This document shows positions 56,491-64,000 of a DNA stretch of 64,000 nucleotides, in pieces; within the stretch, counting starts at the first letter, position 1, and every line of letters begins with the position of its first letter. Position numbers and translations under genes: made by a program. The DNA comes from Octopus vulgaris (Eukaryota), in the NCBI GenBank assembly GCA_951406725.2, contig OX597824.1, positions 73,718,001 through 73,782,000 of the forward strand. Reading direction: 5' to 3'. The notes beneath the pieces were generated by a model. The model saw only the letters and a list, made by a program, of their open reading frames with translations. It searched no databases and was not told the DNA's origin.

Positions 56491-57091
56491 AAAATATAAA
56501 TATATACATAAAATATCACAAGTTTTACGTACAGAACATCCTCAATATAATAAATACCATAACTTACATAACACACACTACATAAAACGCAGTCAATTCA
56601 TCAGTAATACAGTTTATACGGTTTAGAAAAGAAACAATAAACTGGGCACTGTAAGTGATAACCCAGTCATAAACAATGAAACGAAATTCTTTTATACCCA
56701 ACTAACACAGATTTTCGTGATGTTACAGTAAACACATTCGCATAAAATGAAAACAAAAAATAAAAATAAATTCTCAAATGGGAGAGAGATAACAGAAAAA
56801 CTGGACTATTCCGCCTTCTACAAATACTCGGCCTGAAATAGCAATAAAACTGTGCGTGTGTGTCTAAATGTTGTGCGAACAAGAATTAAAACTGAATATT
56901 TTGACAGTTGAAAAAATTTTTTTTTAAAATCTACCTAAATAGCATAACTACTCTGAGTGTTATTTCTGGTTTGCAGTGCCAATCGTAACATATGGCTCTG
57001 TACATTGGGCTGGAATGGAACGTAAAATATCTAGATTCCATTAAATTCTACTAGAAATTTAAAAAAAAAAGCGCATACTACACAATAAATC

Positions 57092-57499
57092 GGATCTTTT
57101 CGGTTTGACCGGCAGTTTTTAAAAATAATTTCCACGTAACTAAACACTTTTAAACTTCGTATACTGGTAGAATGTGTTTATAAAACATCTTTTTCTCTTG
57201 AGAATATTCTATAGTTTGTAAGATATTTGGGGTTTTTTTTCTTCAATTTCTGCAATTTCAACCAATCAATGACGTCTATTGAGGTGAAAACATTGTGCCG
57301 TATGAATATGTCCCTCGTTTAAGAAACAGATTGGATTTATTTACATTTCTGAAGAAAAAAAGATACCCTAACCCTAATCCTAACTCACCCTAACCCTAAA
57401 ACAGATTGAAATGCAACGGATCAAGACTAGGGTCATAATTATGGGTGACAATTTCATATGACACCACTAGAAAAACTGCCGTTCAAACCGAAAAGATTC
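57092..57499. mobile_element. Second copy of the same 8-bp-TSD MITE
   Basis: Same TIRs and interior; TSD aataaatc at 57084-57091 and 57500-57507. Confidence 0.9.
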
Positions 57500-57865
57500 A
57501 ATAAATCTAACACAGTTTCACTGTGCGTCCACTAGCGAAGCTAAAAGTGGAGAAAGGACCGATCCATTCTGAAGAAGTTGCACATTCGGAGCGTGGGTGG
57601 TTTTCATGTTGTGGGGTCGACATACTGAAGAACCACTCTGGGCAGCACAAACCTTATCTACACCACTGAGTATGTTCTTAGAAGAAACGGTGCAAAGAGA
57701 CTATTGAACCACTGGGAGCAGTTGAAGATGAAAGTTATTAACCCGTAAACGACGGAAAGGGTTGCATGAATGTGTGAGCCAAACGGGCCCCAAAAAGAAA
57801 ATAAATCCTACAAAAGTCTTATTTTCTTAAGGGTAATTTTTATACTTATTTACAAGAAATTTTAG

Positions 57866-58279
57866 GGCAATCTTTCGTCTCTAGTAGACCTTTCCGTCGA
57901 TTTCCGTGAAAAAAATTTTTTTTTTACATATGGGTTGCGGGAACTTTTGAAGTAATGAGAGCGAAAGAGTCTAAGAGAAAGCGATTGTATAACGAGGGAA
58001 GTTCTTTTGAAGTTACCGTGCATGGGAGCATTGATGGACATGTGTGTGTGTGTGTGTTTGATGGGGTGTGGGAGACAGACAGTATGTTGTGTAAGTGAAG
58101 TGCTTCTGTTAGTGTGTGTGAAGAGACAGAGTAATGTGTGAAAGAAAGAGATAACTGAAATTTTTTACTCGGTGTATGTGTATATGTATGTATATTACTT
58201 CAAAAGTTCCTGCAAGCCCATATGTAAAAAAAATTTTACGGAAATCGACGGAAAGGTCTACTAGAGACGAAAGATCGCC
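57866..58279. mobile_element. MITE with about 90-bp TIRs (GGC(A/G)ATCTTTCG...) and 8-bp TSD
   Basis: TSD aattttag at 57858-57865 and 58280-58287; long inverted arms. Confidence 0.85.
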
Positions 58280-58389
58280 AATTTTAGTTTCTCGCACAAT
58301 GAAATTTACTCTTGCAGTATGGAAGATGTTTATAAGCCATTTAAGAAACATACAAAAACCGTCAGATTCACTTCAACATTTGAATTTAA

Positions 58390-58440
58390 TTTGTCAAAAT
58401 ATTTTCGTCGCTTTGAGACTGCGACCTGTTCACTGACAAA
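58390..58440 (-). ncRNA. Type I hammerhead motif with G3:C8 core variant
   Basis: UUUGUCA-GUGAACA-G-GUCGC agucucaaa GCGAC-GAAA-AUAU-UU-UGACAAA. Confidence 0.65.
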
Positions 58441-58489
58441 ATTCTGTACTGCATCTGAGAAAGTAACAGTTAGTTCATGATATATATAT

Positions 58490-58691
58490 GGAGGACTTAA
58501 ACGACATGCAAATGTACATGAAGCCCAGTTACAACTACAGCCGGCTCTTGCCGGTAAAGGTTTTAGTTGCCAATTCTGTACAAGACATTGTAGATCTTTA
58601 GCTGGGCAAAAAAGTCACATTCGATCACAGCACCAATAACAGTTAAGCTTCGTGCAATGGCCATGCTCGATAACGAGGGGGCAGCCATCAT
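58490..58691 (+). mobile_element. RTE-like LINE extreme 3' fragment
   Basis: C-terminal C2H2-like FSCQFCTRHCRSLAGQKSHIRSQH* followed by an RTE-type 3'UTR ggccatgctcgataacgagggg. Confidence 0.55.
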
Positions 58692-59288
58692 ATATGTATG
58701 TATGCATGTATGTATGTATGTATGTATGTATGTATGTATGTATGTATGTATGTATGTATGTATGTATGCATGCATGCATGTATGTACGTATGTGTGTACA
58801 TGTATGTATGTATGCATGTATGTATGTGCGTATGTGTGTACATGTATGTGCATATGCATATGTGTACATGCGTATGCATGTGTGCATGCCTATACGCATA
58901 TATGTATGTCTGATGTAAGTATGTACGTCTGTACATACGTACGTGTGTGAGTATTTAGGAGAGTGTGTAGACGTGTCTGTGTGTGTGTGTGTGTACATGT
59001 GTATGTACATGCGAACGTATGTATACACGACTGTTACTTTGTTGAAAGTTGTATACACACATATACACATAAATTTACTATCTCATCGTCAAAAAGTGCC
59101 ATAAAATATTCACTTTCGTTTGGTTGTAGACGCATCCATGTAAAATTTTTGAAACATCGGTTGATGATGTCTGCTGTTTAAGGGTGAATGTTGTCCACAA
59201 TTTTTCCAACTCACAGAAAGACCTGCAACAGGTCATTGTTGATTATGATGCAAAGGTTGCAGGTCGATTATATCCATACCAACAAAAA

Positions 59289-59535
59289 GGCGGCGAGCTG
59301 GCAGAAACGTTAGCGCACCGGGTGAATGTCTGCTGGCAGAAACGTTAGCGCGCCGGGCGAATGTCTGCCGTACATTCTGAGTTCAAATTCCGCCGAGGTC
59401 GACTTTGCCTTTCATTCTTTCGGGGTCAATTAAATAAGTACCAGTTACGCACTGGGGTCGATGTAATCGACTCAATTCCTTTGTCTGTCCTTGTTTGTCC
59501 CCTCCTTGTTTAGCCCCTTGTGAGTAATAAAGAAA
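59289..59535 (+). mobile_element. SINE family B (Meta-domain-like central region)
   Basis: ggcggcgagctggcagaa head, gagttcaaattcc B-box, and ggtcgactttgcctttcatcctttcggggtc..taaataagtaccag core. Copies at 19380-19643(-), 31880-32170(-), 34300-34530(-), 41100-41420, 43890-44820, 54755-54987(-) and 59770-60370(-). Confidence 0.85.
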
Positions 59536-61945
59536 TATATATCCATACCAACAAAAATTTCACGAGAAATCGAATAAGGTTTCAAACATCTAAAATCTTA
59601 ATCTTAGGTAACAGTAAAACGGATATACTTATGGCACAGTAGTCAACCAAGATGAAGAAGTTGAAAGATATGAAAGTGTATAGGTCTATCGTGGTGAACA
59701 CCATATAAATCAAACGTGGTGAACAACCGTAAAGGTATACTGATGTAGTGAACAATATTCTTTTCTACTCTAGGAACAAGGCCCGAAATTTTTTTGGGGA
59801 GGGGACCAGTTGATTATATCGACCCCAGTACGCAACTGGTACTTAATTTATCGACCCAGAAAGGATAAAAGGAAAAGTCGACGAAATTTGAACTCAGAAC
59901 GTAAAGACAGACGAAATACCTATTTCTTTACTACCCACAAGGAGACAAACAAGGAATATGTAAACCCTCGATAGAAAAAAGGAAGGCTTTCCTATCCACC
60001 TTTTTTCTGTCGAGGGCTTATATGCCCTTTTATTAGACTATTTTTCCTTGATTATTGCACGGTGATCGCCATAAGCTTTAAGCTTATATAAAAGTACCAT
60101 TATTATTATTTATAGGAGTGTAAAAACGGCGCCGTATAAAAAAAAAGCCATTCGCACATCATTGTGCTACACACAGATGGGACAAACAAGGACAGACAAA
60201 GGGATTAAGTCAATTATATCGACCCCAGTGCGTAACTGGTACTTATTTAATCGACCCTGAAAGGATGCAAGGCAAAGTCGACCTCGGCGGAATTTAATTT
60301 CGTAAAGACAGACGAAATACTACTAAGCATTTCGCCCGGCGTGCTAACGATTCTGCTAGCTCGCTACCTTCATTCGCACATCATTTCTAATTGCTTCCAC
60401 ATTGCATCAGGATATCCTACATAAGTCCCGACAAAATATACTTTGAGATGCAATGACATAGCAAAGCCTTTCTACCTACGCATAGACACTCAGTTTTAAC
60501 TTCCAGGACAAAACTATGTGGTTCTTATATTGACCCCTACGTGCTGTAGAAAACGACAATGTGACTAACAACTAGTACATAATAAGCCTAACATCATTTT
60601 CCACGCCGAAAATTATAATAATCTACTAATTATCACCGCAGCAATACTAATGAGTATAATTTTGTACAAAAGTGAGCAAAAAAGTTGAGTTAATTACTCC
60701 GTCTTAGTTGTTTAATCAAGTAGTAAAAACTTTATGGCAATTAAGGAATGTGTCTATTATCTCATTTGTAATTGGTAAAAAATGGAGTGATTATATAGGC
60801 GCAGGGGTGGCTGTGTGGTAAGTAGCTTGCTTACCAACCACATGGCCCCGGGTTCAAGAAAGACCGATAGAATAACTACTAAGCTTACAAAGCATGGCCG
60901 CAGTCAACTGACTGAAACAAATAAAAGAATATGACTATGTCTTTTAAAGCATTGATTTATTACCTCTGAGGATAGACATAGGCACGTTTCAAGGCATAGA
61001 AATACAATGGAAGCTGCTTATTCTATTCACCGACCCCCATTGAAAACCAAACGCACTCATATACCCATTGATGCAAACCATATTTTCCATACATCGATCA
61101 TGACTATTTCCAGATGTTCTTTAGCGGGCAATGAAAACCCCTCTCACGTTTACGATTCGTAGATAATATACTTTTTCTTTTTCTTGAATAAAAATTCTAC
61201 ACTGTTCTCTTTTCCGTCACTTGACTGATATTTAAATTTTTTTTCATTACTAAGTAACGAGCAGTTGCTTTCACTGTTAGACTTTCTTGTTAACACTGCT
61301 TGTGTGTGTGTCATCGTATGAAAATTTGTGTTAAAATATCTGTCTGAAAATTGCATTTTTTTTCTGCATTTTCAAAACTAGAAATGTCTGTTATATTGTT
61401 AACATGTGTTTTGTTTTTCTTGCATTTCTTGTTGCAATTTTGTGGAAGTACTTTGCTTAAGTTACTATGTATTAAATGACTGATAACAAAAAAGTTTGTT
61501 TGGCGTATTAATTTTTTTTTTTTACTCAAAAAATAACAAGAAATGAAATACAAAAGAACCCCTACCTCTCTTGGAACATAGTCCGCATAAGAAAAAATCC
61601 GCTCAGTTTAGCGTGTAATTCGACTGGCAATCGAACACACGTCTAACTGATTCAACAGAAAAAATAATAGGAATAACAATAGCAACAACAATGATAATAA
61701 TAATAATTATTATAATAGTAATATTCTTTAGGAAGATTATGACAATACACTGACGGGTTGTGTTATTTTTCTCCGTTCAAATTTTTATAGAGTGAGTTGT
61801 GTTCCTGGTGTATGCTTACTGAATTGTTATGAAACATGGTGGTTTTGTGTATAAATTCAGTTATGTTCTGCGTGAGCCTTTAAAACATATATGGTTATAT
61901 CTGTGAACTTTCGAGGAATTGTTAGCCAGTTTGTTGTAGATTTAA

Positions 61946-62950
61946 CTAGTTTTCAGATAAGGGAAAACTGTTTTCAGTCGGTCCGTTTGAACCTGGACCC
62001 ACGCTTCTGCGTTTTCGTTTCAGACACGGCAGAGAGAAGTACTTCCTGAAAACTTCGGCGAAGTCTCTCCGTAAACACCCGTATAAAAATGGATTAATAA
62101 CAGAGTTACTGATACCCAAAGAAAGGGCATAGTTTTTGATCAGTTCAATGCTGTGTTTGTCAAGAGATGGTATATATACGAGTGGTCCAGCGATAAGATA
62201 AGGCAACCAGAAGACCAGAAAGGTCACCGACACGACGCACATCACATAAGTAGCTCGTATGTTTTTCTTTTGAGATATAGCTTCTTTCGATTGAATCATT
62301 GGCGGTGGTGGCATCTTACGTATTTCTCTGTAGGTTAGGATGTAGAACAAAGTGATGGATATTATGCCAAAGGATACCGTCGTAAAAGAAGCCCATACGA
62401 TGTAGGCCCTTGGAAGTACTTGATAAAAATCGCAGTGGACGTCCGGTCGCCAGGTATTCAAACCGAACAGAGGAGTTAAGCTGAGGACGGAGACGTATAT
62501 CCACAAAAGAGCAATAATTACTTTGGCCGTTTTGTGCGTGATCAAAGTGACATAACGAAATGGAAAAGTAACTGCTACGAAACGTTCAAATGCTATGGCG
62601 GAAAGATTGAATATGGACGATCCGCAAGAGGCTATGATAAAAACGTATTTAAAAAGACATGTGTATTTGCTTTCAGCGAAACCTTCCAGTTCCAAATAAT
62701 GCATCGAATAGAATGGAATCACAAGAAGTCCGACAAAAAGATCAGCTACAGCCAGACTGGACACAAATATGTTGGAGACGGTGTGTAGACGAGGAAATGT
62801 GGCGATGCATCTGATAACCACGAAGTTTCCTCCAATTATGAATGGTGCCAGTAGCAGATTTACCGTTAAGAATATAAAATTATGATATGACAAGTTGACC
62901 GTTTGGTAGTTTTTGTTGGTTAGGTTTGCAGTTGCGTTAATGAAATCCAT
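61946..62950 (-). CDS. Intronless class A (rhodopsin-family) GPCR, aminergic/adenosine-receptor-like, about 334 aa
   Basis: GN in TM1, SLAVADLFVG in TM2, ERF at the DRY position, TM4 Trp, FWLPY in TM6, NSVINPFLY in TM7, and N-terminal N-glycosylation sequons. The ORF-track start at 62980 is TTG; the first ATG is at 62950. Confidence 0.92.
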   Translation of the reverse strand: MDFINATANLTNKNYQTVNLSYHNFIFLTVNLLLAPFIIGGNFVVIRCIATFPRLHTVSNIFVSSLAVADLFVGLLVIPFYSMHYLELEGFAESKYTCLFKYVFIIASCGSSIFNLSAIAFERFVAVTFPFRYVTLITHKTAKVIIALLWIYVSVLSLTPLFGLNTWRPDVHCDFYQVLPRAYIVWASFTTVSFGIISITLFYILTYREIRKMPPPPMIQSKEAISQKKNIRATYVMCVVSVTFLVFWLPYLIAGPLVYIPSLDKHSIELIKNYALSLGISNSVINPFLYGCLRRDFAEVFRKYFSLPCLKRKRRSVGPGSNGPTENSFPLSEN

Positions 62951-64000
62951 AACGCTATCAAGAACTGAAACACTTTTCAAGTTTTGTTATAGAATTTTAA
63001 ATATATTTCAAATAAAACAATAAAATGTTTTGCGAGCATCATATGAACGAAGAAATAACAGTAGTGAAAGTTAGGTGTAAATTAACACTATATGTTTATG
63101 CGCATACATAACTTCAAAAATTTTTTTGCTATATTGCTTAACCGAAGACATATACATGCGTCGTAAAAAGAAACGAATTTTGATATTTCGAGCCGAGTTC
63201 CTCTTTGAAGATTTGAGAAGTATTTCTTTTTCTTTTTAGCTGATGTAGGCCATCATTAATTTCCTCGGATTTTAGACTTTTCTTTTCAGTTTTAGGTACA
63301 CCGTTTATTGTTTCAAGCCACATTTTAAGGAGCTCAATACTTCAAAGTGCTCTGTGGAGTATTAAATAATCTGTAAAACCCGATCAAATTACATTGTTTT
63401 AGGTGTAAACTAAGTGGATTCAGTCTTGAATAAAAGGATCACGTTAATATTTACGACTTTCACATACTTCAGTTCCAGATATTTCTTTCACAATGATGAC
63501 AGCTGCTTCAAACGTGGTTGAAATTCTAGCCAAGGACAAAGACGGTTATATTTTCGAAGTTTCATATGTCGTCATATAAATCACATAAGAAGGAGAATCT
63601 TCTTGCTAACGAAACTGTGAACCTTCTTGGGCGGGGTTCAAATAAACTAATTCAAAGAAAGAATAGTTTTGAGAAATCCTGGATGAATATTGAATTGTCA
63701 AAAAACAACAAAAAATGTCTAATATGTAGAAAAGGGTGCAATACAAACAAATTACATGCACAAAGTTTTACACATCAGGCATAAAAGAAAGTAAATTATA
63801 TATAACTGCGTTTAAATACAATCAATAATTTCGTAGGTAGATTAGGTAATCACTTGATTTGGGGATTGATATTTGTGGAAACAACAGCCTCTAGTGGGCA
63901 AGAAAAGAACGCACAACGAAGGAAGCACATTTTGAAAGCTTTGCCGATTAATAGTTAGCAACAGATCTTCAAGTTATATGCAAAAAACATAAAAACACAG

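Noticed and set aside
61150-61553. Two adjacent minus-strand ORFs that a frameshift in an A8 run could join
   Set aside because: No recognisable domain; likely GPCR 3'UTR, and it cannot be supported as an isthmin exon without transcripts.

Overview
AT-rich, repeat-dense eukaryotic genomic DNA. The SINE families and (TA)n/(CATA)n/(TCTA)n microsatellites suggest a coleoid cephalopod, probably Octopus (inference). Four host genes are supported: a single-coding-exon divergent forkhead-domain factor (13686-15179, -), a four-exon MaoC/HTD2-like dehydratase (31160-43302, +, 178 aa), the last two coding exons of an isthmin-like AMOP-domain gene (46030-49193, -) and an intronless class A GPCR (61946-62950, -). 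The rest is tRNA-derived SINEs, CR1-, RTE- and L1/Tx1-type LINE pieces, mariner/Tc1 relics, non-autonomous Helitrons and 8-bp-TSD MITEs. Three unannotated patterns stand out. (1) At least seven minimal type I hammerhead ribozyme motifs plus several decayed ones, many in or beside fold-back elements and microsatellite tracts, including a compensated G3:C8 core; these resemble Penelope-like pLTR derivatives. (2) Two SINE-LINE pairs sharing 3' tails, one with a covarying stem-loop. (3) Loss of a canonical base-reading residue in the forkhead recognition helix. All calls were made by eye; no searches or folding programs were run.
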